Below are positions 1 to 10,987 of a DNA stretch of 64,000 bases, piece after piece. The notes under the pieces were generated by a model, which saw only the letters and a list, made by a program, of their open reading frames with translations, had not been told where the DNA came from and did no database searches. This DNA comes from Octopus vulgaris (lineage: Eukaryota). A program made the position numbers and the translations under genes. Position 1 is the stretch's first letter. Each line of letters begins with the position of its first letter. The stretch covers positions 65,224,001-65,288,000 of the forward strand of contig OX597818.1 of NCBI GenBank assembly GCA_951406725.2, given 5' to 3'.

Positions 1-180
1 CCCGTGTTACATACAATTGAAGAATTAGACTTTTCTCTTATATTTTCTCTAATGAACCGCTAACTGCAATATCTATGTTTCGAATTTCATCAAAATTACA
101 GATGAGGGTTATTTCCCTATTTACAACCACGCCCCCCCACAAAAAAAATTGTGATCGTGTGATCAATGAAGGCCATATAT

Positions 181-367
181 AAAATGAACTAGCAGTTCGC
201 CAACCATTATCGATAAAATGAATTAACGGTTCGCCAAACGTGTTCGATAAAATGACTTTGCGGTTCGCCAAACGATATCGATAAAATGACTTAGCAGTTC
301 GCCAAACCTGATCGATAAAATAATGTAGCTGTTTGCCAAACGTAATCGATAAAATGACCTAGCGGTT
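181..367 (-). repeat. About 5.5 monomers of the 34-bp satellite, inverted relative to the main array
   Basis: Reverse complement reads ...ttggcgaaccgc(a/t)aagtcattttatcga..., the same monomer as 811-6702. Confidence 0.9.
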
Positions 368-607
368 CCTCAGGATATACGGGATGCTAACATCATTACG
401 CTTTACAAAAACAAAGGTGACCGTGGTGATTGTAACAATGACCGTGGAATATCTCTTCTAAGCACTGTTGGAAAGGCCTCTGCTCGCGTTATCCTGTCCA
501 GGCTGCAACTGCTTGCTTCTCGAATTTATCCAGAATCGCAGTGTGGCTTTGAAAGAAGCAGATCAGCTATTGACATGATATTCTCCATACGCCAACTGCA
601 GGAGAAA
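365..607 (+). mobile_element. RTE-clade LINE reverse transcriptase fragment (N-terminal RT region)
   Basis: Translates VPQDIRDANIITLYKNKGDRGDCNNDRGISLLSTVGKASARVILSRLQLLASRIYPESQCGFERSRSAIDMIFSIRQLQEK, matching the RTE motifs YRGISLLS and PESQCGF..R.T.DMIF..RQLQEK. Confidence 0.9.
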
Positions 608-626
608 TCCAGATTCTGGATAAATT

Positions 627-810
627 CTGCGATTCTGGATAAATTCGAGAAGCAAGCAGTTGCAGCCTGGACTGGATAACGCGAGCAGAGGCCTTTCCAA
701 CAGAGCTTCGAAGAGATATTCCACGGTCATTGTTCCACGGTAATTCAATCACCACAGTCACCTTTGTTTTTGTAAAGCGTAATGATGTTAGCATCCCGTA
801 TATCCTGAGG
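627..810 (-). mobile_element. Inverted duplicate of the RTE RT fragment
   Basis: Reverse complement of 368-541 with few differences; ORF 567..794 contains DRGISLRSSVGKASARVIQSRLQLLASRIYPESQ. Confidence 0.9.
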
Positions 811-3800
811 GACTGCTATGTTATTTTATCGATCACGGTTGGCGAACCGCAAAGTCATTTTATAGATATCGTTTGGCGAACCGTTAATTCATTTTATCGA
901 ACATGTTTGGCGAAACTTTAATTCATTTTATCGGTAATGGTTGGCGAACTGCTAGTTCATTTTATCGATCATGTTTGGTGAACAGCTAGATCATTTTATA
1001 GATATCGTTTGGCGAACCGCTAATTCATTTTATAGATATCGTTTGGCGAACCTTTAATTCATTTTATCGATAATAGTTGGCGAACCGCTATGTCATTTTA
1101 TCGATCTTGTTTGGCGAACCGCTATTCGTTTTATCGATCACGTTGGGCGAACCGCTAGCTCATGTTATCGATCATATTAGGCGAACTGCTAGGTCATTTA
1201 ATCGAACACGGTTGGCGAACAGCTAGGTCATTTTATCCATCTCGTTTGGCGAACCGCTAATTCATTTTATAGATATCGTTTGGCGAACTGGTAATTCATT
1301 TTATCGATCATGGTTGGCGAACCGCTAGGTCATTTTTATCGATCAGAGTTGGCGAACCGCTAATCATTTTATCGATCACGATTAGCGAACCGCTAATTCA
1401 TTTTATCGATTCCGTGGGCGAATCGTTAAGTCATTTTATCCATCACGGTTGGCGAACCGCTAGTACATTTTATCAATCACGTTTAGCGAACCGCTAATTC
1501 ATTTTATCGATCACGTTTGGCGTACCGATAAATCATTTTATCGATTACTTTTGGCGAACCACCAGGTCATTTTATCGATCACGTTGGGCGAACCACTTAT
1601 GTCATTGTATCGATCAGTCTTGGCGAACCGCTAGGTCATTTTATCCATCACGTTAGGCGAACATCTAAGTCTGACAGCCATCACTAGTCATTTTATCGAT
1701 TATATTTGGCGAACCGCTAGGCATTCTATCGATACGTTTGGCGAACCGCTAAGTTATTTTATCGAACAAGATTCGCGAACCGTTCGGTCATTTTATCGAT
1801 CTCGTTTGGTGAACTGCGAAGTCATTTTATCGATCGCGGTTGGCGAACCGCTAAGTCATTTCCTCGATCATTCTATCGAACGTTTGGCGAACCGCTAAGT
1901 TATTTTATCGATCAAGATTGGCGAACCGTTAGGTCATTTTATCGATCTCGTTTGGTGAACTGCGAAGTCATTTTATCGATCGCGGTTGGCGAACCGCTAG
2001 GTCATTTCCTCGATCACGATGGCGAACCGCTAATTCAGTTTATCGATCACTGTGGCGAACAACTATGTCATTTTATCGTTCACGGTTGGCGAACCTCTAA
2101 GCCATTTTATCGATCATGGTCAACGAACCGCTAAGTCATTTTATCCATCACGTTTGGCGAACCGTTAATTCATTGTATCGATCTCGTTTGGCAAACTGCT
2201 AAGTCATTTTCTTGATCATGTTTTGGCGAACGGCTAGGTCATTTAATCGATCACAGTTGGCCAACCGCTAATCATTTTATCGATCAAGATTAGCGAACAG
2301 CTAATTCATTTTATAAATAGCGCTTGGCGAACCGCTAGGTCATTTTTATCGATCATGGTGGGTGAACCGCTAAGTCATTTTATCGCTGAAGGTTGGCGAA
2401 CCGCTAGATCATTTTATCGATCTCGTTTGGCAAACCGCTAATTATTTTATCGATAGCTTTAGGCGAACGGCTAAGTCATTTTATCGATCTCGATTGGTGA
2501 ACCGCCATGTCATTTTATCGATATCGTTTGGCGAACCGCTAATTCATTTTATCGATCAGTTTTGGTGAACCGCTAATTCAATTTATCGATCATGGATGGC
2601 GAACTGCTAAGTCATTTTATCGAATATGACAAACGAACCGCTAATTCATTTTATCGATTACGTTTGGCGAAGCGCTAGGTCATTTTATCGATCACTGTTG
2701 GTGAAGCGCTAGGTCATTTTATCGATCTCGGTTGGCGAACCGCTAAGTCATTTTATCGATAGCGTTTGGCGAACCGCTAAGTCATTTTACCGATCAGGTT
2801 TGGTGAACCGCTAAATCATTTTATCGATCAGGGATGGCGAACCGCTAGTTCATTTAATCGAATATGACAAACGAACCGCTAGTTCATTTTATCGATTATT
2901 TTTGGCGAACTGCTAGATGATTTTATCGATCACTGTTGGTGAAGCGCTAGGTCATTTTATCGATCACGGTTGGCGGACCAGTAAGTCATTTTATCGTTTA
3001 CGTTTAGCGAACCGCTATTTAATTTTATTGATCTCGTTTTGGCGAACCGCTAGTTCATTTTATCGATAACGGTTGGCGAACTGCTATGAAATTTTATCGA
3101 TCATCGTTGGTGAACCGCTAAGTCATTTTATCGAGCACGTTTGGTGAACAGCTAAGTCATTTTTATCGATCACAGTTGGCAGCCCAATAAATCATCTTAT
3201 CGGTTAGGTTTGGTGAACCGCTAGGTCTTTTTATCGATCTAGTTGGCGAACCGCTAAGTCATTTTTATCGAACACAGTTGGCGAACCGCTAAGTCATTTA
3301 ATCGATCACGATTAGCGAGCAGCTAATTCATTTTATCGATCACAGTTGGTCAACTGCTAGGTCATTTTATCGAAAACGGTTGAATAACCTCTAAATCATT
3401 TTATCGATCATGGTCAACGAACCGCTAAGTCATTTTATCGATCACGCTTGGCGATCCGCTAAGTCATTTTATCGATCACGATTGGCGAATCGCTAAGTCA
3501 TTTTATCGATCACGATTAGCGAAACGCTAATTCATTTTATCGTTTCTCGTTTGTCGATCCGCTAAATCATTTTATCGATCACTGGTGGCGAACCGCTATT
3601 TCATTTTATCCATTTCGTTTCACTGTATCGATCTCGTTTGGCAAACTGCTAAGTCAATTAATCGATCACGGTTGGCGAACCGGTAAGTCATGTTATCGAT
3701 CAAGATCAACGAACCGCTAATTCATTTTATCGATCTCGTTTGGTGAACCGCTACGTCATTTTTATCGATCACGGTTGGCGAACTGCTTAGTCAATTTATC

Positions 3801-6702
3801 GAACACGGTTGGCGAACCGCCAACTCATTTTATGGATATTATCGATATCGTTTGGCGAACGGCTAAGTCATTTTATCGATCTCATGTGGCGAACCGCTAA
3901 GTCATTTTATCGATATCGTTTGGCGAACTGATATGTCATTTATATCGATCACGGTTGGTGAACCGCTAAGTCATTTTATAGATCACGTTTGGCGAACCGC
4001 TAAGTCATTTTATCCATCTCGTTTGGCGAATCGCTAATTCATTTTATCGATCAGTTTTGGCGAACGGCTAAGTTATTTAATCAATCACAGTTGGCCAACC
4101 GCTATTCATTTCATCGAATGGATAACGATTAGCGAACCGCTAAGTCATTTTATTGATCTCGTTTTGCGAACCGTTAAGTCATTATTTCGAAACGGTTGGC
4201 GAACCGCTTGGTCATTTTATCAAATACGTTTGGCGAAGCGCTAAGTCATTTTATCGATCTCGTCTGGCGAACCGATAAGTCATTTTATCGATTACTTTTG
4301 GCGAATAGCTAGTCATTTAATAGCTAGTCGTTTGGCGAACCGCTAGATAATTTTATCGATTACTGTTGGCGAACCGCTATTTCATTTTATCGATCACGTT
4401 TAGCGAACCTCTAAGTCATTTTATCGATATGTTTGGTGAACCGCTAAGTCATTTTATCGATCAAGGTTGTCGAACCGCTAATTCATTTTATCGATCTTGT
4501 TTTCCGAAATGCTAAGTCATTTTATCGATCACTGTTGGCGAACAACTAGATCATTTTATCGATCACGATTGGCGAACCGCTAGGTCATTTTATCGATTAC
4601 TGTTGGCGTACCGCTAGGTCATTTTATCGATCAAGATTAGCGAAACGCTAATTCATTTTATCGTTTCTCGTTTGTCGATCCGCTAATTCATTTTATCGAT
4701 CACGGTCAACGAACCGCTAAGTTATTTTATCCAACTCGTTTGGCGAACCGTTAAATCATTTTATCGAGCACGGTCACGAACCGCTAAGTCATTTATCAAG
4801 TACGTTTGGCGAACCGCTAAGTCATTTTATCGATATCGTTTGGCGAACCGATAGGTCATTTTATCGATCACTTTTGGCGAACCGCTACTCATTTTATTGC
4901 TACGTTTGGCGGACCGCCAAGACATTTTATCGATCTCGTTTTGGCGAACCGCTAGATCATTTTATCGATCACGTTTCGCGAACCTCTAAGACATTTTATC
5001 GGTATGTTAGGTGAACCGCTAAGTTATGTTATCGATCAAGGTTGTCGAACCGCTAAGTCATTTTATCGATCTTGTTTTCCGAACTGCTAAGTCATTTTAT
5101 CGATCACTATTGGCGAACAACTAGCTCATTTTATCGATCACGATTGGCGAACCGCTAGGTCATTTTATCGATTACTGTTGGCGAACCGCTAGATCATTTT
5201 ATCGATCACGGTTGGCGAACCTCTAAGTCATTTTATCGATCACGAACCGCTAAGTCATTTTATCCAACTCGTTTGGCGAACCGATAAATCATCTTATCGA
5301 GCACGGTCACGAACCGCTAAGTCATTTTATCAATTACGTTTGGCGAACCGCTAAGTCATTTTATCGATATCGTTTGGCGAACCGAAAATTCATTTTATCG
5401 ATCACTTTTGGCGAACCGCTACTCATTTTATTGCTACGTTTGGCGAACCGCTAAGACATTTTAACGATCTCGTTTTGGCGAACCACTAGTTCATTTTATC
5501 GATCACGTTTGGCGAAAATGTAAGTCATTTTATCGATCACGTTGGCGAACCGCTAACTCATTTTATCGAAAAAGGTTGGCGAACCGCTAAGTCATTTTAT
5601 CGATCAATGTTGGAGAACCGCTAAGTCATTTTATCGATCAATGTTGGAGAACCGCTAAGTCATTTTATCGATCACGATTGGCGAACTGCTAATTCATTTT
5701 ATCGACCACTGTTGGCGAACCGCTAAGTCAATTTATCGATCAAGGTTGGTGAACCTCTAAATCATTTTATCGATCACGGTCAACGAACCGCTAAGTCATT
5801 TTATCCATCACGTTTGGCGAACCGCTATGTCATTGTATCGATCTCGTTTGGCAAACTGCTAAGTCATTTTATCGATTACGATTGGCGAACCGGTAAGTCA
5901 TTTTATCGATCACGATTAGCGACCCGCTATCATATCATTTCATTGATATCGTTTGGCGAAACGCTAATTCATTTTATCGATCACTTTTGGCGATCGGCTA
6001 TGTCATTTAATCGATCACAGTTGGCCAATCATTTTATCGATTACGATTAGCGAATCGCTAGAACATTTTATCGATCTCGTTGGCGAACCGTTAAGTCATT
6101 TTATCGATCACGGTTGGATAACCGCTAGGTCATTTTATCGATCACTTTTGGCGAACCGCTAGTCATTTTATCGATGCGTTTGGTGAGCCGCTAATTCATT
6201 TTATCGATCAAGGTTGGCGAAACGCAAAGTCATTTTATTGAACCCGTTTGACGAACTGCTAAGTCATCTTATCGATCACGTTTGGCGATCCGCTAAGTCA
6301 TTTTATCGAATAGGACAAGGGAAACGCTAAGTCATTTTATCGATCTCATTTGGCGAACTGCTAATTCATTTTATCGATCACGGTTGGCGAACCGCTAAGT
6401 CATTTTATCGATTGCGACAAGCGAAACGCTAAGTCCTTTTATCGTCACGCTTGGCGAACCGTTAAGTCATTTTATCGATCACTGTTGGCGAATCTCTAAT
6501 TCATTTTATCGATCACGGTCAACGAACCGCTAAGTCATTTTATCGATGTCGTCCGGTGATCCGCTAATTCACTTTAGCGATCACGTTTGACGAACTGCTA
6601 AGTCATTTTATCGATCACTGTTGGCGAACGGCTAAGTCATTTTATCGAACACGGTTGGCGAACCGCTAATTCATTTTTTAGATCTTGTTTGGCGAACCGC
6701 TC
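811..6702 (+). repeat. 34-bp tandem satellite/minisatellite array (~170 diverged monomers)
   Basis: Consensus GGCGAACCGCTAAGTCATTTTATCGATCACGTTT repeated head to tail, with scattered substitutions and indels. Confidence 0.97.
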
Positions 6703-7099
6703 TGTCTATCATGTTTATCAAAACAAGTAATACTGAAATTGTGGAGATGACGTGATATTGCTGTGAGCTTTCACTATGCATGAAGTTAGAAATTTATTTG
6801 CCCCTGACACTACATGAACTCTAAGTAAGGCATGTGTAAAATTTGAATGAAATTTGTTGCGTGGTTCTCATGTTCTAGGGATTCATAATGGAGAAGATAT
6901 GATATTGCTGTGGGCTCGCCCTAGGCAAAGAGTTAAAACAAAATTTGGGCCATGACACTCACTGGACCCTATGTAATGCATATGTAAAAAAAGTTGAATG
7001 AAATTAGTTTTGTAGTTCTTAAGTTTTAGGGATTCACACAGATAGATAGACAGACAGACAGACAGTCACACACACATCCTCAGTTTATATATATATAGA
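6703..7099 (-). mobile_element. Helitron/DINE-like non-autonomous element, 5' terminal region
   Basis: Two diverged ~147-bp tandem units (from ~6742 and ~6889), a (GACA)n microsatellite, and the end ttatatatatatagat, which on the minus strand is A|TC-tatatata (Helitron 5'-TC terminus after a target A). Confidence 0.6.
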
Positions 7100-7101
7100 T
7101 T

Positions 7102-7546
7102 ACTCAACAAGATGGAGCATCTCCACATAAGTCGTTAAGAGACTCCCTGAACCAAGCCTTTCCACAGCGTTGGTTTGGAAAACGGGGCAGCATTGAATGG
7201 CTACCATGTTCACAAATGGATTTATGTTTTGAGGTACGTTGTAAAGTACACGGCTTATAAGAAGAATTCGGAAACAGTAAATGAATTAAAAGATTACATT
7301 TCTGAAAGACATTCACTGAAATTGATGGAGATCGGCATTTGTGCCGCACTGTGTGTCAGAGTGTTCTGAAGAGGTTTGAAGAATGTTACAAGCTTAAAGA
7401 TGGACATTTTCAGCGTCTGAGAGATTGAACCTGGTCTGTATAAGATGTGCATAAACCATGTGAGTGTAAGACAAAAACTTTAACGTAATCAAATGATTTT
7501 AAAAGTGCCTACGTGATAAATGTAAACTTACTTTTGGGCCACCCTG
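7102..7546 (+). mobile_element. Tc1/Tc3-like transposon, 3' half (degraded transposase plus right TIR)
   Basis: QQDGASPH...RDSLNQAFPQRWFGKRGSIEWLPCS...ETVNELKDYI...CRTVCQSVLKRFEECYKLKDGHFQ, with frameshifts; ends in the TIR-like ttttgggccaccctg followed by TA. Confidence 0.85.
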
Positions 7547-7550
7547 TATA

Positions 7551-8877
7551 TAGTGGTAGTGGTGTTGGTGGTGGTGGTGGTGGTGGCTGTGGTGTTGTTG
7601 GTGGTGGTGGTGGTGGTGTTGGTGGTGGTGGTGTTGGTGGTGGTGGTGTTGGTGGTGTTGGTGGTGGTGGTGGTGGTGTTGGTGGTGGTGGTGTTGGTGG
7701 TGGTGGTGTTGGTGGTGGTGGTGGTGGTGGTGGTGGTGGTGGGAGTGGTGGTGGTGGTGGTGGTGTTGGTGGTGGTGGTAGTGGTGTTGGTGGTGGTGGT
7801 GTTGGTGGTGGTGGTGTTGGTGGTGGTGGTGTTGGTGGTGGTGGTGGTGGTGGTGGTGGTGGTGGTGGTGGTGGTGGTGGTGGTGGTGGTGGTGGTAGTG
7901 GTGTTGGTGGTGGTGGTGTTGGTGGTGGTGGTGTTGTTGTTGGTGGTGGTGGTGGTGGTGGTGGTGGTGGTGGTGGTGGTGGTGGTGTTGGTGGTGTTGG
8001 TGGTGGTGGTGTTGGTGGTAGTGGTGTTGGTGGTGGTGGTGTTGGTGGTGGTGGTGGTGTTGGTGGTGGTGGTGGTGGTGGTGGTGGTGGTGGTGGTGGT
8101 GGTGGTGGTGGTGGTAGTGGTGGTGGTGGTGGTGGTGGTAGTGGTGTTGGTGGTGGTGGTGTTGGTGGTGGTGGTGTTGGTGGTGGTGGTGGTGGTGTTG
8201 GTGGTGGTGGTGTTGGTGGTGGTGGTGTTGGTGGTGGTGGTGTTGGTGGTGGTGGTGTTGGTGGTAGTGGTGTTGGTGGTGGTGGTGGTGGTGGTGGTGG
8301 TGGTGGTGGTGGTGGTGGTGGTGGTGGTGGTGGTGGTGGTGGTGGTGGTGGTGGTGGTGGTGGTGGTGGTGGTGGTGTTGGTGGTGGTGGTGTTGGTGGT
8401 GGTGGTGTTGGTGGTGGTGGTGGTGGTGGTGTTGGTGGTGGTGGTGTTGGTGGTGGTGGTGTTGGTGGTGGTGGTGTTGGTGGTGGTGGTGTTGGTGGTG
8501 GTGGTGTTGGTGGTGGTGGTGGTGGTGGTGGTGGTGGTGGTGGTAGTGGTGGTGGTGGTGGTGGTGGTGGTGGTGGTGGTGGTGGTGTTGGTGGTGGTGG
8601 TGTTGGTGGTGGTGGTGGTGGTGGTGGTGGTGGTAGGTGGTGTTGGTGGTGGTGGTGGTGGTGGTGGTGGTGGTGGTGGTGGTGGTGGTGGTGATGGTGG
8701 TGGTGGTGGTGGTGGTGGTGGTTGTGGTGGTGGTGGTGGTGGTGGTGGTGGTGGTGGTGGTGGTGGTGGTGGTGGTGGTGGTGTTGGTGGTACTGGTGTT
8801 GGTGGTGGTGGTGGTGTTGGTGGTGGTGGTGGTGGTGGTGGTGGTGGTGGTGGTGGTGATGGTGGTGGTGGTGGTGT
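7551..8877 (+). repeat. ~1.3-kb (GGT)n microsatellite with GTT/AGT interruptions
   Basis: Read directly from the sequence. Confidence 0.99.
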
Positions 8878-9385
8878 CAGTATAGATGGTAGTGGTTGTG
8901 CAGCTGCCGATGGATAGAGCATAGTGAGAAGTTATTTTGTTTTTCTTTTGATTGAACTAAATTTTTTTTATATCACCTACCACTTAACGCATGCGCATCT
9001 CATACTTACCATTCACTTTAGAAAGAAACCAGTTTCGTGTTTGTCGGTCATATGCAATAAATACCAATAAGTCATAAGTAGAGACTTTTGATTAAGTTGG
9101 GCTGTTTTTTCCTGAACCTTTATTCGGCCATACTCAGCTGCATGCTGCATTCTCAAGGGCTCGCAAATAATCTGATGAGAGAGTTAAAGTTATCAACACC
9201 GACAAACAAAGGAAAAGAAGAGGGACAACTTAGACGAATAACATAGTCCGTAAAGAAGTATTGAACCGAAAGGCTTATAAGTTTCCAACGATGTGGGTTT
9301 CAAAGTATGCCTTGTTGCATTAAATTTTTACCCCCGTGAAATTGTGACCTCTATATTTTACATACGAAATAATTTATTTTACTAA

Positions 9386-9529
9386 TGTTGTTTATAGCCC
9401 CAGGAAGACATCTCCTCCAGCTGGCTAATGACACATTGTTTATGTCCAATTCTCCTTTCCCTTGGAAAATACTAATCGGAAACAGAAAGTGTGTGGTTAA
9501 CCACACACTTCCTGAGGCTATAAACAACA
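9386..9529. repeat. Small MITE-like inverted-repeat element
   Basis: tgttgtttatagccccaggaag (9386-9407) and cttcctgaggctataaacaaca (9508-9529) are inverted with 1 mismatch; a perfect 24-bp palindrome lies at 9487-9510. Confidence 0.6.
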
Positions 9530-9685
9530 ATAGCATCGTCCCTATGGGTCCGTCACATTTAGGCGGCATATACTCTTCACGGTTCTTGCTCAGTGATTTA
9601 TTATTGTTAATTTATTTTACTATAATACTTTTGTTTTTGAGATATGAAATTGTGATCATGTGAACTTTAAAATCTAAAGTTTTCC

Positions 9686-10089
9686 TCTTTACTCTGTTAC
9701 TCTTTTACTTGTTTCAGTCATTTGACTGCGGCCATGCTGGAGCACCGCCTTTAGTTGAGCAAATCGACGCTGGGACTTATTCTTTGTAAGCCCAGTACTT
9801 ATTCTATCGTTCTCTTTTGCCGAACCGCTAAGTGACAGGGACGTAAACACACCAGCATCGGTTGTCAAGCAATGCTAGGTGGACAAACACAGACACACAA
9901 CCACACATAAATATATACATATATACGACAGGCTTCTTTCAGTTTCCGTCTACCAAATCCACTCACAAGGCTTTGGTCGGCCCGGAGCTATAGCAGAAGA
10001 CACTTGCCTAAGATGCCACGCAGTGGGACTGAACCCAGAACCATGTGGTTGGTTAGCAAGCTACTTACCACACAGCCACTCCTGCGCCT
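9686..10089 (-). mobile_element. tRNA-derived SINE, family A (full length)
   Basis: Minus strand: A-box TGGCTGTGTGG, B-box GGTTCAGTCCC, CORE-like ggcaagt motif, internal (TA/TG) tract, tail ...aaacaagtaaaagagta. Many copies elsewhere in the window. Confidence 0.9.
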
Positions 10090-10778
10090 ATAGCCACTCC
10101 TGCGTAAGAAAAGGAGAAATACGAGTGAATATTTATTATATGAGTGCTGTGTATTAAGTTTATAAAATTGTGCATTAAGTATATAATGTATATTTAGAAA
10201 GTGCATTAAGTAATCATCGTATTCCAATTTCCTTCACTTTTCAATGAATAGCAGATGAACGACTGTCTTTTGATACACATACAACACAAATTATGCTTTC
10301 AGGCATTTTAGATAAAGTTTTCAGGAATAACGCAACAGTTTTACTATTATGTTCGTGATATATTTACGGCTCCCGCTAGTTATAAGAATTAAGGCTATTA
10401 CCAGCCTGAATCATTAGTTTTGGGGACAAAACATTTCGCTGGCTTTTTTTTCCGGCTCTGCGCTCAAATTCTACCAAAGTCCTCTTTAACTTTTTCTCTT
10501 TTTCGAGTCGAGAAAATGCGTACGAATTGTGCGCTGCAGTCAACGTAATCGAAAAAAATAAACACACTTAAATCTTTGGCTGTAATTTATGAGGCTTTTG
10601 TGAATGTGGAAAATGTGGAAATAAATACCAAATGTGATAGAAACCCGAGAATATAGAAAGGCAGGTCTTATGTAGAGGAACAAGTGTGCAAAGGAACGCA
10701 CCTTGTTTTCGTAATCATCCTGTACTTTTAAAATTACTCTTAAGAAGAAGATTTATTACCCCGAGACATCGTGCACAT

Positions 10779-10832
<54 letters not shown>

Positions 10833-10987
10833 GCACACACAGACACACACACACACAGACACGCATACACACACACACACTCATACACTCTCATATGCCC
10901 TTTTCGTGCCATAGGCAATGACGGAGTTAAGGGAAGCGCTCAAATTCACTTACTAACCAAGATAATTAAATGGCTTCGCATACTTCA

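Noticed and set aside
811-6702. CRISPR-like array (conserved repeat plus variable part)
   Set aside because: The variable ~10 nt are mutational variants of one sequence, not unique spacers; there are no cas genes and the context is eukaryotic.
7513-8922. Long Gly-, Val- or Thr/Pro-rich ORFs
   Set aside because: Open in several frames only because (GGT)n lacks stop codons; no codon variation, and the start of one ORF lies in a Tc1 TIR.
9172-9215. CTGATGA hammerhead candidate
   Set aside because: No stem-II-closing GAAA downstream.
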